Shown here in pieces: positions 1 to 11,750 of a stretch of 64,000 nt of DNA (positions are counted from its first letter, which is position 1; each line of letters opens with the position of its first letter). A model generated the notes under the pieces. That model worked only from the letters and a program-made list of their open reading frames with translations, was not told the origin of the DNA and searched no databases. The translations under genes and the position numbers were made by a program. The DNA comes from Haliotis rubra (taxonomy: Eukaryota): assembly GCF_003918875.1 (NCBI RefSeq), contig NW_025766957.1:1860001-1924000 (forward strand). Reading direction: 5' to 3'.

Positions 1-57
1 TCCACTTAGAATATTTATGTCACTGGCCAACTCCACCTCTCATTCTCTCTTTTTCAG

Positions 58-224
58 ATGCTCCAGTTATCAGCCTCTGTCTCCTTGACCTCTGCCTTGT
101 TGTTCTTTTCATTCTTCAACATAAGGTCATGTCAACAGACAGATTCAAGAGGTTCCTTGAATACTGTGGCATCACAGTGGTGGAGAGACTCATCCATGTG
201 GCAGTCACATCCTTTACTCTCATG
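58..224 (+). CDS. NRM: Nurim, internal coding exon (gene begins upstream of window)
   Basis: tttcAG acceptor and GTAAGT donor; encodes APVISLCLLDLCLVVLFILQHKVMSTDRFKRFLEYCGITVVERLIHVAVTSFTLM, resembling the nurim DLGLLLLFVGQHSLMA...QRSLYVACT segment. Confidence 0.85.
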
Positions 225-542
225 GTAAGTTGTACATGCCAAGGTGTGTGATGTGTGTTCAGTAATTTTAGAGGTTCAATGACACACCCACTTACTTGTA
301 TTTGTGCTGGAACAGGTTACCTGAGTACTGATATTTTCCAACCACATGGACCAATGGACATGTGCCTTTATGACAGCAAAATACATGGAATTTATTAGAG
401 TCAAAACAATTTGAATACAAGAAGACAAAGTCATCAATATCCCCCGCAATGGCAAAATACTCTTCATGATTATGTCTACGAGTTATGATTATGTCAAATA
501 TTTAGGTGTGTATATAGAAAAGTGGAAGGAGAGTATTGAAAG

Positions 543-825
543 GTTTTGAAAGTTCTGCTCCAGAAAGGAGCACTATCACCAATTTCAGTCAAAGTCGAAC
601 TTGTTGCCATGGAAACGCCAAAAATATTTAATTCAGAATTCCAAAACTACCAAAAGGCACCAGTACACCACCAGATCCATGTATGTGCCAAGTTTGGTGA
701 AGAAACATTGAACGGTTTTAGAGTTCTGCTCCGGAAAAGACAAATGGGCACTGACAGACGCACGGACACACGGACAGAGTCCATTTTAATACCCCCCAGC
801 AAAACGCGTTGAGGGGGATAATAAC
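543..825 (+). mobile_element. Probable Helitron/Helentron-type non-autonomous element, 3' part
   Basis: Repeated agttctgctcc(a/g)gaaa motif, GACA/GACG microsatellite and terminal hairpin cccccagc...ttgaggggg followed by ataataa; architecture only. Confidence 0.5.
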
Positions 826-1062
826 TTTCAACAATAATTGTCACTTTATTACATATCACACTATTTCATTCTATACATCACATGCTGTGGTTTATCCACT
901 AAGGAACCTTAGTGCACTAATTGTCAGTTTCCTGATTAGGTTGCATTGCCAAAACAAATATCAGGTTACTGTATTTGACTACATTTGTACCTTGTATTAA
1001 TTACGTGTCACAGTACTTATAAATGAATATACAAATTTGTCCTTTGTGTTCAGACTGTGTGT

Positions 1063-1676
1063 GAGGCAGTTGGGTAGCCTAGTGGTTAAAGCGTTTGTTT
1101 GCCACGACGAAGACCCAGGTTCAATTCCCCACAAAAATGGGTACAATCATCCTCGATAATCCCCCAGGGTAAACGTTCCGATAAATCTCCACTATACCCT
1201 GGATGCATCTACGGCTAGCCAATCAGATAAGCCACCGTTAACAACCGAGTTTCCCAGTGTCAAAAAAGATAGTGGTTGCAGCCGCGAAAGTTTGTTCGCA
1301 GTGCGACTCAGATTGGGGAGAAAACAGACAAATTGACAGGTCTGAAATCTGAAAAATATATATGCAAGAACTCCTTCTATCTCTTTCAGAGTACCTCTGC
1401 AACAATATATTATTGTGTTGCCAAGTTTAATCGTTTAGATAATTTAAAAAGCGAAAGTGAGTTGTGATTGGTACGTTCAATTTTCTAGCGTAGGCTACTG
1501 ATTGGATAAAAATCCAACCAAGGGAGGTAATAAAATCATCAGCCGTAGATGCATCCAGGGTATAGTGGAGATTTATTGGAATGGGGTACAATGTGTGAAG
1601 CCCATTTCTGCTGTTCCCTGTCGTGATATAGCTGAAATATTGCTAAAAGCAGCATAAAACCAGACTCACTCACTCA
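1063..1676 (+). mobile_element. tRNA-derived SINE family A, interrupted by an insertion at 1148-1581
   Basis: A-box tagcctagtgg, B-box ggttcaattcc, tail gatatagctgaaatattgctaaaagc...(tcac)n; TSD cagactgtgtg/cagtctgtgtg. Confidence 0.8.
1148..1581. mobile_element. Insertion with 41-bp inverted repeats inside the SINE
   Basis: 1176-1216 and 1541-1581 are reverse complements (1 mismatch); flanked by duplicated atgg(g)gtacaat. Confidence 0.75.
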
Positions 1677-2040
1677 CAGTCTGTGTGAAATATTTTAGTC
1701 TACTATCCCGAATTTGACTCCCAGAACCATTTTATTTTTTAATAGATTACCTGTTTTCATAATGTCCATAGAAATGTACACTATTATTATTATCATCATC
1801 ATAATTAAACTATAATTAGCTGCAGTTACTTGACCAAACTGAATTTTTGAGCTTTTGATAAGAGTCTGTTTCCCTTGTATATGTTGAAATGTAAAAGTCA
1901 CCTGTAAAAGTCATAACTTTCTGTGGAAGTTAAGTTAGATCTTCCCACTGACCAGTATCTCAATTAACGATCTAATGTTATGGATATTAGCTTGTGCATG
2001 AAAACATAGTTGAACCTGACATATGTGTGTTTGTCTTCAG

Positions 2041-2211
2041 ACTGTGATGTACCTGTGGGAGCCCATCACGAACCCATACCTGTGGTACTTTGACACAAGT
2101 GAAAGGTTCTTCCTCTGGCTCTTCTTCTTACTTCTCCATGTGTTCGCCTGGACCATCATGTTTCTGGACGCCCTCACCATGGAGCCACTAGAGATGATAG
2201 GACTCAAGCAG
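2041..2211 (+). CDS. NRM: Nurim, penultimate coding exon
   Basis: ttcAG..GT, phase 0/0; TVMYLWEPITNPYLW...LHVFAWTIMFLDALTMEPLEMIGLKQ resembles nurim VMRYWEPI...LHVISW...ELMGLKQ. Confidence 0.9.
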
Positions 2212-2316
2212 GTGTGTACACTTATTTAATAAGACATTGCTTACAGATCGGACTACCCTTGAATGAACAGTGGGAAACGTCTGAAAGGCATGTTATTTAT
2301 ATTGCTGACTGTATCT

Positions 2317-2615
2317 CGTGAAGATCCGGGATAGATTTGGTCTTCAGCAACCCATGCTTGTCGTAAAAGGTGACAAGTGGGATCTGGTCGTCAGGCTCGC
2401 TGACTAGGGTGACACATGTCATCGTATCCCAATTCTGTAAATAATCAAGTTTGGACCAGACAATCCAGTGATCAACAATATGACCATCGATCTACGCAAC
2501 TGGAATACAATGACATGTGTCAGCCAAGTCAGCAAGCCTGAACACCCAATCCCTTTAGTCACCTCTTACGTCAAGCATGGGTTACTGAAGACCAATTCTA
2601 ACGGGGACCTCGACA
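2317..2615. mobile_element. Two family-B SINE 5' halves fused in inverted orientation
   Basis: 2317-2433 is the + strand family-B head; ~2436-2615 is the same family on the - strand. Confidence 0.7.
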
Positions 2616-2657
2616 GATCGCTAACATGCCATTAATTCATCGACTCTTATTTCCCAG

Positions 2658-2993
2658 ATCTACAATTACCACATGGAACTTGGCCCACCTTTGCAATATC
2701 TACCCAAGATGTTACAGAGATGTTACCGAAGTGTGCGACATCCCGGCCCGGTCCTGTTGGTGCTGGCTCTGTGGGTCCACCCCCAGATGACCTTGGACCG
2801 ACTGGTCCTTAGCTATCTGTTGACGTGGTTCCTGTGGAGTGGCTACAGGATGACCACCAGACAGTACCGGCATGTCAGTCACTGGTTACTGGAGGCCAGG
2901 GAGGAGGTTGTGTTCCACACCAGACACCAGGTGTCCGGTGGACGCAGGCTTGACAGTGCAGACTCTGGCTGTGAAGTGGAGTATTCTGAGTAG
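2658..2993 (+). CDS. NRM: Nurim, last coding exon
   Basis: cccAG acceptor; IYNYHMELGPPL...VRHPGPVLLVLALWVHPQMTLDRLVL resembles nurim VYYH.LG.PL...LRHP...LWVVPTLGTDRLLL; TAG ends at 2993. Confidence 0.9.
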   Translation: MYNYHMELGPPLQYLPKMLQRCYRSVRHPGPVLLVLALWVHPQMTLDRLVLSYLLTWFLWSGYRMTTRQYRHVSHWLLEAREEVVFHTRHQVSGGRRLDSADSGCEVEYSE

Positions 2994-3096
2994 GATCAAG
3001 ATGAAAATGACATCATTGAAATTGTTTCTTGTGCTTGTTGGTAATAATTCTCACTGCCACCCAACCCAAACAGTTTGTCTAGTGTTAAAGAGATGT

Positions 3097-3254
3097 GGGG
3101 GCGGTGGGGTAGGCTAATGGTTAAAGCGTTCACTCGTCAGACCCGGGTTCAAGTCCCCACGTGGGTACAATGTGTGAAGCCCATTTCTAGTGTCCCCCTG
3201 CCGTGATATTGCTTGAATACTGCTAGAAGCATTGTAAACCCATACTCAGTCAGT
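3097..3254 (+). mobile_element. SINE family A
   Basis: ggggcggtggggtag... head, B-box ggttcaagtcc, family-A body and tail. Confidence 0.8.
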
Positions 3255-3956
3255 CAAAGAGGTGCTGGAGATTCAGAGCCTGATTTTGTGAAAGTTCCAG
3301 AATTGCTTCATTTAGGGTGATAGCATATTTCTGTAAGGGCTGAGCAGAAGGGAAAGTAATATGGTTTAGGCAATGTGTGACATATTGGGTTGTATTGATA
3401 TGTTTTGTTGGCTTGTAAATGATCCAGACTAAGGTGCATCCCTGGTCTGGTACATATTTTGTTACACACAAATTATTTGAAATTTACACGTAAAATTTGG
3501 TACACAAGTGTAGCTTGTGGGAAATATAATCATTTTAGTAGCCAACCACACCAGGAGGACCTTTGCTGGTGCAAAATCAAAATCCGTCAAAGATACACAA
3601 AAATAGCCTGAAAAAATGCATGTTTTTACACCTGACTGTCAATACCTTCTGCTCTGATGACAAAGACAAACAAGTAGATTGTTGTTTGCTTTCATTAGCG
3701 TCTAGTGAATCAACATAGTCAGATCTTGTAGGCATTACAGGAGCTTTTCACCCGTCCCAGTTCATTGTTGAGACGTTGGTTTCATCTGCCAAGCATAGGA
3801 ATAAGTACCAAACTGCTAAAACGAATGAGTGTCAGTTTGTGTCAAAGGTATCCTTTCTACATTTGAACATTTTTATAGGTGTATCGATAATTTGTCCTAA
3901 ATTATTTGTTTATTTTCTGGGTTATTTTCTACCCCATTTTGTCATCAAGTTATGCT

Positions 3957-4240
3957 GACCCGTGAAGATCCGGGGTGGAATAGGTCTTCAGCAACCCATG
4001 CTTGCCACAAAAGGCGACTATGCTTGTTGTAAGAGGTGACTAACGGGATCCGGTGGTCAGGCTCGCCGACTTGGTTGACACATGTCATCAGTTCCAATTG
4101 CGCAGATCGATGCTCATGCTGTTCATCACTGGATTGTCTGGTCCAGACTCGATTATTTACAGACTGCTGCTATATAGCTGGAATATTGCTGAGTGCTGCT
4201 TAAAACTAAACTCACTCACTCACTCACTCACTCACTCACA
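3957..4240 (+). mobile_element. SINE-like family B, full length
   Basis: gacccgtgaagatccggg...gctggaatattgctgagtg...(tcac)n, TSD tcatcaagttatgct. Other copies at ~7490-7680(-), 15222-15460(-), 28670-28890(-), 39510-39700(-), 40032-40210(+), 40560-40785(-), 42937-43172(-), 49303-49530(-), 50030-50205(-), 52501-52741(-), 60995-61232(-), 61952-62283(-). Confidence 0.8.
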
Positions 4241-4914
4241 CTCATCAAGTTATGCTATGAACATTTGTAGCTGAAACCTTAACATTTTAACAGTTTTCCA
4301 TTATAGTTTTTAAATGTCCTACCTATTCAATATTGAAATTAATGTATACCACAAGGAACTTAGTTAAGCACCTCCTGACTTATCTCACATATGAATGAGC
4401 CCCGATCTTAACCCTTTGGAGCATGGGACATGATTGGATGTCGTGTGCAACAAAGTGATGCTCCTGTTTGGAACCTGGCCCAATTGGAAACTGCTTTACC
4501 GAGGAATGGTGTAGACTGGCCCTTCAGAGGATCAGGAAGCTGACAGTAGGTATGAGGAGGAGAGTGCTGGCTGTCATACAGTAACAAGGAGGTTACTTTC
4601 GGTATTGATATTTTGAATGTTCACATTCACCAATAAATTCAACATTTAACATTCCACAGCCATACCTGTACATACATGGTTTTGTATGAAAATGAGTTTT
4701 TCTGACCAGTATCATCCTTTGACTCATTTATAACGACAAAATGATTTGAGTCCATGTTGATTTTATGATGATAATTGCTCATTTGGGAAAAATACTGAGT
4801 TTTTCCATTGTGGTCACCACGAGAAGTTTTATGTACGTGTTCAAAACCTATCATTGCAAAAATACAAGGGGTGCTTAATTAAGTTCTGTGTATTTTATCA
4901 AAACGACACCAATA

Positions 4915-6216
4915 TAGTATGACCAGAAATTATTGAGAATTTTAAGAATATGTTTAATTGGATTTGTAGTATAAACAACCTTGACCAGCTATCAAGTGCT
5001 TGGTTTCATTCAAGAGAGAGAACTCCGTTAATCCTTTTTCATTAGTTTGTGAAGAGTTATCCCCCCTTTGTTTACTTGCTAGCAGACGGCATTTTCAGTG
5101 ATCCTGAGTATGGATGATTTAGAGAAGAGGAAGTTGATTTTAGAGTATTATAACAAGGACATCAGATCAGCTAAAGTGATTTCAAGTAGAACAGGCATCC
5201 CTTTGTCCACTGTTTATCGTATTTTGAAAAATATTGCAAATGGATATGGCATTGAGCACCAGGCAGGTGCAGGTTCGCCCAGAAAATTGACTGTCGGTGA
5301 CAGGAGGCGGCTTGGTATTCTTGTTTCTAAAAAACAAACGAAGGAGTTTAGAAAACTTAAGGCTGGATATGATTGATAGAGGAACTGTGGCTGTCTGTAA
5401 GGAGACAATTAGAACTGAGCTGCATGCAATGGGTTGGCAGAAAAGTCGAGGAATTCCATCACCGATCATGAAACCTGAACAAAAGGAGTGAAGGTTGAAC
5501 TGGTGCTTACAGCATAGAAATTTTAACTGGGACAATGTGATTTTCTCAGATGAAAGTTCTGTGTGGCTGTTTCCTAATACACTGAAATTCTGGACCAAAC
5601 AAACTGAAAAACCTTTGTATCAGCTCCCAAAGTACAGTCCGAAATTTAACGTGTGGGGTGGCATATCTGTGTTAGGGGCAACGCCCCTCTGTATATTTGA
5701 AGGGAATATGAACAGTGAGCGGTACACAGATATTCTCGAGGGACATTTACTTCCATCTGCTCACGTGTTCTATGGAAATTTTGTATTTTCCAGCAGGACA
5801 ACAACACAAAACATCGTTCAAAGCATTCACAGGCCTGGTTTCGGACCCAAAATATGACATTATTAGATTGGCCAAGCTATAGCCCTGACCTAAATCCAGT
5901 AGAAAATGTTTGGGGACTTATGAAGGAAAGTGTCAATAAGAAAAATCTGACAAATATTGCTGAAATGAAAGAAGAGGTGGTCCAATATTGGGACAGCATG
6001 GACCATGACTTTCTAACTTCTTTGATCAGTAGTATGCCCCGCCGCATTGAAGCCTGCATTGCTGCCCATGGTGACTTGACAAAATACTAACTGTTCACCT
6101 GTCTTTGAATCTGGAGTTATGTTCTGCTAATATTCACATTTAATATGTGAGTAATGAGTGAAAAAAATATATATAAAATTACAATCTTAAATTCTCAATA
6201 ATTTCTGGTTGTACTG
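4915..6216 (+). mobile_element. Tc1-family DNA transposon (DD34E), full length
   Basis: ~28-bp TIRs (tagtatgaccagaaattattgagaattt / aaattctcaataatttctggttgtactg); TA TSDs at 4913-4914 and 6217-6218. Confidence 0.9.
5110..6090 (+). pseudogene. Tc1 transposase, disrupted (frameshifts near 5330 and 5780, stop at 5489-5491)
   Basis: N-terminal HTH; VIFSDES, FQQDN and WPSYSPDLNPVENVW motifs; 34 residues between second D and E. Confidence 0.9.
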
Positions 6217-6623
6217 TATCTTTAAATATACATTGTACCATCATTTATTTGAACTGGTGCTCTTTAATATCGGTGACAAACTAATCATAGTGTCATGAAA
6301 TCTGAAAAGTTGGGGGTTTTTTTCAAGGATGATTTGAAGGTTGAGTGGCAAAACGTCTGATTTTAATGTGATGGGTAACAATTCCTGTGGTTCTTGCCAT
6401 CTCAGATTACCTGCCCTTGATTTGCATTTTCCAGTTTGACTGGATATGCTACGAAATGACAATTACCAAACAAAGTAAATGATTGTTAGGTTATCAGAAT
6501 CAACAACCTGCAGCCAATCCCACTGATATTGATTGAGATTATGCAAAATTCAATATTTATAAAACTCACGTGATGTGCAAAAGGAAGCGCAAAAACATTT
6601 AACTGAAGCAAGGTATATCTTAA

Positions 6624-6879
6624 GGGACCGTTCATAATTTATGGCTAGGGGGGTGGGGATGATTTTTATGGAGAAGCATGTAAAATGCGAATGATCCTCC
6701 CTAAAATATATGTACAAAGTAAGTGCCCCACCCCCCAACCCCGCATGCCCTATACACAAATCAATGACACCCACCTCTAGTACATCTGTACAAAGTTGAT
6801 GACCCCCTTCCTCCCCAGAACAAAATGGGTGGCACCCCTTAAAATCATCATCCCCCCGCTAGCCATAAATTATGGTCCC
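6624..6879. mobile_element. MITE at a TTAA site (Kolobok/piggyBac-type target)
   Basis: TTAA|gggaccgttcataatttatggctag ... ctagccataaattatggtccc|TTAT; related copy at ~21080-22333. Confidence 0.65.
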
Positions 6880-8029
6880 TTATGTTTATTAAAATCTGCA
6901 GCGGCTTTGGTTTCTAGGTAATACAAGTTACTCTCCTTACCCTTTCTTTGCATTGTTGATTGATTGGTAAAGGTGAATGAAATTATTTATATATATTTCC
7001 ATACAGTATACATATTTTGTATATACTGTAGGGAATCATACTGAAATGTTATACTCTGTGCAACTGCATTTATAGTTCGTGCAATACTTGTTATTTTGAT
7101 ACATAAGTACTTTTGAGTAGACACCATATGTGGAGAAATAGGAAATGGAAAGCTTTTTATGTTGCGATGTACTAGTATTGTCTTTCACTGTATGTACATG
7201 ATTTTTGTACAAATTTCAAATATACTGTTGATACTTTTAACCGATCTACATGTAGGGTACCACATTGTTTCTGATGTAGTGGTGTTAGTTAGTCACTGCC
7301 ACAGGTATGCTTTTATCTCATATTTTTCTATTGACGTTAAATATTCTGTACACACTGTATATGTTTTGTTTTCTAAGATATCATAAAGCGAAATTCATAT
7401 TGAAATGTGTCTTTTAGTAAGTTTGATTTTGTCTCATCCCGTATCAGGAATTGACCCCTTTCTTGCTAGTACTGGGGAATTTCTTTTTAGGTTGGTTGGT
7501 TGGATTGTTGTTTAACGGGGCTGCACGCAGCAATCTTCCAGCTATATGGTGGCAGTCCGTTAAGAACCGAGTCTGGATCAGAAATCCAGTGATCAACATC
7601 ATGAGCATCGAACTTAGCAATTGGAACATGATGACATGTCAACCAAGTCGGCGAGCCAGACCACCCAATCCCATTTGTGAGGGAATATATACTAAGCAGC
7701 AGAAGAAACATCAGTTTGGAACTTTCCTTTGCAGATACAGATAACTGTAAACTCATTTAATGTTTTGATTGTATATTTTTGACAATATCTCCAACTTTAC
7801 CTGAGAAAAGATGGTCTAAAAAAAGCAACCTGATCTCGGAGATTTTGTTTGTTTTGGGTACTATATACAGAAATGTATATCTGTGCAAGCCAAAAACAGT
7901 TTGACTAGGATGAGGTGAGGTGAAATGGAGTTTAACGTCTCATTTATATGGTATATGACCACATGGTGGCCACATGAATACGTGCAAACACCTAGTTGCG
8001 GGTACAGCAACGTGCAGTAAACTTGGACA

Positions 8030-8216
8030 AAGTATATGTGTCCCAGTCCACCCAGCTGTGAATGGGTACCTCGTAAGGATGGGAAAGCCACATTAACTCA
8101 GTGCGCCTTGTGGCTGCAAGAGTTGTATGATCCCCAGGGAGTTGAGATTGATAATACGAAGTGCCGCTGAGACTGACATCTTATGATCGAGGGGAAAAAA
8201 GCGTCTGTGAGCAGCC
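8030..8216 (+). mobile_element. Degenerate SINE fragment
   Basis: cccagtccacccagctgtgaatgggtacc core, similar to the core at ~24610-24640 (-). Confidence 0.4.
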
Positions 8217-8218
8217 TA

Positions 8219-9309
8219 CAGTCCATCAACTGAACTTTTGGCACCCTGTTTTTCACAATTTACCTTTTAACCAAAAAATGCCTTCAAAATGTTTTTAGGC
8301 ATACGCTCTTTATATCTTATGACCTATCTAAGGTTTAAATTTCATCATTTTATGTCAATTATTAAAGCTTCTTCTTAAGAAGCCATCTTATAAAAATATG
8401 AAAAATAGAAGTAGTTATACAAGGGAGTAAAATGATACGATGGAACAGCAAACAACATGGTGGGACACACGTGCATCTTGTTTACATTGTAACGCCTGCA
8501 AGCAAATCTAAAGAGACTGTATAATCATCACAAATCCATTTTTAACAAGTAGATTTATTGAAGTCTTTAAATACTGGTTGCTCAATCTCTTGTATCAAGA
8601 TCCAAACTTGAGCAACAGCTTGCATATGGTATGCTTTGATACATTGATGTCATAGTCTTCTTTTGAACATTATTTTCTTCAGTTTGCTTGACGATATGGA
8701 CTCACTGGATCGATTTAACCGACGCATGACGTCCCTCACAACCCTTCTATCGAATTCATCAAGCTATCTTTTCTTTGCATGTTTTGAGACAGACCCCGAT
8801 TTAACTGCCATGTCATCGTCAGTCTCTGAAATAGTGTCATGGGAGATAACTCTTTGCTATGTTCTTTTGCAGATTTTGGTGGCATTGTGTCTTTTGGAGA
8901 AACACTCAATTGAAAAAAGAGGGCTTTCTTTCGCTTTAAAAAAGATTTACCGGTCATCTTTGTACAACATCGTTTTTACCACAACCTGTGTGTTGACGAT
9001 CTTTGACATCACTTGAGCGTGCTAATGTAAATACCCGTGCATGTACATATCACGCTGACACACATTTTACAATGTTGTTGGCTTTTCCATCACTTGCGTT
9101 AACCCCTCGTAAAACTCTCCACAGTTTTACAATTATATGACAGGTTTAAAGGCAAAATCTTTAATAGTCGTTTTAGAATTACTAAAATCAATATATCTTG
9201 TTAGGTCACAGTATACAATTACCATATGAAGAGAGTAGCGTTTTAAAATATTCAGGAGTTTTATGTAAATTGTGAAAAACAGGGTGCCAAAAGTTAAGTT
9301 GACGGACTC
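8219..9309 (-). mobile_element. Internally deleted IS630/Tc1/mariner element
   Basis: ~45-bp TIRs cagtccatcaactgaacttttggcaccctgtttttcacaatttac; TA TSDs; decayed HTH-like peptide on - strand (LDEFDRRVVRDVMRRL...DINVSKHTICKLLLKFG). Confidence 0.75.
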
Positions 9310-9342
9310 TAGCTGTAATAAATAATCAATTTAAAAATATTT

Positions 9343-9600
9343 CACTCATATGACAACGTGCATGCGTGTGTATGTGTGGTTCTTGTATAGTGTGCTAAGC
9401 TCAGATTCCATGCCACAGTTAAGCATGAATATCCAACTCTGACACATTTATACTGACTGAGCCAAACAGTCCTTGTTGTACCCATTAATGCAAAGGGCCA
9501 GGCAGGAACCAACAAGTACCATATTTTAACGTCTTTCGGTATGATCAAACCCGTGCCCTTCCACTCTCTGGGCTGATGCTCTAACCACTATGACACAGAG
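9343..9600 (-). mobile_element. SINE family C (degenerate)
   Basis: Homologous to 21405-21718 (taccaaaagacgttaaaatatggtacttg...ctgcctgg). Confidence 0.7.
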
Positions 9601-9899
9601 ACTAGGATGAACAGAGGTAAGTTATTCCAAGGAATTATAATTAAAAACAACTTAAGGTTTCAATGCAGTAGGATGTTTTCAGCTCGAAACCTCCTGAATA
9701 CACTTTTACAGTTAAGATGTTCAGTGAGTGAGAGAGTTTTACTCCACCTTTAGCAAGCCATTGTATCACAACTACCTTGATCAATAAGGTGACAGCTATC
9801 TGGATAGTCTTGTCCAGACTCGATATTTTCCAGATTGCCTTCATAAAACTGAAATATTGCACAGCATGGAGTGAAAAACACAAGCAGGTAAATTTCGAC

Positions 9900-11750
9900 A
9901 AAACAAAATCTACATTCAATAAAATTTTATTCAATGAATACATGAGCAGCAATACCATTGTAGTGAAATACAATTTTCTAAAATGTATTACTTGGCAATG
10001 TAACCGTTAAAACACTAGACAATTACAGCAAAGAGATCTAATAATTCAGTTGGACATGAGTGCAATTTACCAGGTACAGTCACCTGTCGTGCTAACTGGC
10101 TCAATCTGGCAACTCCAGCTCTTGCGTCAAGGATCTCACAAGCATTTTCAATCATTGGGGTGAGGACACCTAACAACATCCTTATCCCTTAGATCCCACT
10201 CCCACCAAACACCCTTTAAGATGTTAAGGGTCAGGCAAACATTTCAATCCTTAGGGTAAGTTGTGAGGTAGGGTGTACTTCAAAATGATAAATCCAAAGC
10301 AAGTGATGAAACTCACTGTATTCACTGTTCTTCTGAGTTTAGTGAAATCAACGGCCATTATGCATGTACAAACAGATAAACAAGTGCTGATGACTTGGTA
10401 GAAGAGCACTAATGGTTTGTGATAACAGCCATGGTCCCAGTATAGGCTGTTGGATAATTGGATGTTCTCATTAGCCGAACTTGAGAGTTCAATCCTCTGT
10501 GCCATGCTAATTGAAATGTAAAATAGTGCACCTGGTAAAGTGCACTAATCCTGTTCAGTTGATTTTTTAATTGAGACTTGGACACATAACAGCACAGACA
10601 AATGATTCATTGAACAAAATCAAAGCATATACAGCTAACCTCAGAAAAAACATAACTTTTTGATTAATGAGCTAAGCCAAGTTAACAATTTTGATCTTGG
10701 ATAATGTTTTTTTAGATCAGAGGTTTACTGTGATATAGTCAAGCATATTTACAGAAACTGCCTTCGGAACTTAAACTTCACTGTTTATCTCTGTTTTGTT
10801 TCTTCAGGAACATTTATAGTAGTTAAAAATGTTGAAATATTTTATCAATCTGAAACTCAAAAATATTTCGTAGCTAAATTAGATTTATACATATGAAGGC
10901 TATTCTTCCAAGATAAAGACATCGTAATGTGTGTCTTATTGACATGATTAAACAAAACAACAATCATCCCAAGGATTACAGTGCAAGACAAAGAAAAATA
11001 GGCACATGTTGACAATTTGTAAAAATGCCTTACAAGAACAAAAGGATATTTGATAAAAATACAAGTTCACACTAAAACACTGATCTGTGTAACCCAGTTT
11101 TGCTTCAAGTGTAATGTATGAACTTGGATTGAACTTTGCAACATTTTATTAAAATCATGAACTGAATGAATCCTATATAAAAATGAAAACACTTATTTAC
11201 AGGAAGGACATTGTATTTCAATTTTTTTCTTGGTTACAATGTTTCTTAGGCACCATTTCACAAAGCTATTGTAGGGCTAGAACTATCCTAACCCCTATAC
11301 CTTAACATAAGACTTACAACAGTTGTAGCCCCATGACTGCCTGGTGAACAAGAGCCCTGAACATGCAAGTACTGTGTGATGAATAGAAACACATAAAGTG
11401 ACATGGATTTTAGCCACTTCTAGCATTATTCCAGCAATATAACAACTGGGAGGAATTGAATCAAGGCCTTAAGCATGACAAGCAAATGCTTAGGCCATTA
11501 GGCTACCCCACTTTCATAAGACATTAAAATGTAAGTCTACTTTAGTGATACTGTTAAAAAAGGTCTTGGTAGCCTCAGGTTTAGAAATACAGAGTACTGG
11601 GAGGATCGTCACTGATCGTCACTGTCCGTGAATGCAGTGTGAACACATAGAAGTGATAAGTACACATCACTGCTTACAACAACCTATGGAGATAACTGAT
11701 GTGACAAGGAGCTATCTCCCCGCTGGTATCAACATTTAGGCCCCGATTTC
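9900..11750 (-). other. SRSF3: SRSF3-like copy A terminal exon (mostly 3' UTR)
   Basis: ttctttgcAG acceptor at 11752/11751; first ~140 nt nearly identical to 38172-38310; AATAAA at 9931-9926 in a block shared with 39440-39485; 3' end approximate. Confidence 0.7.
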
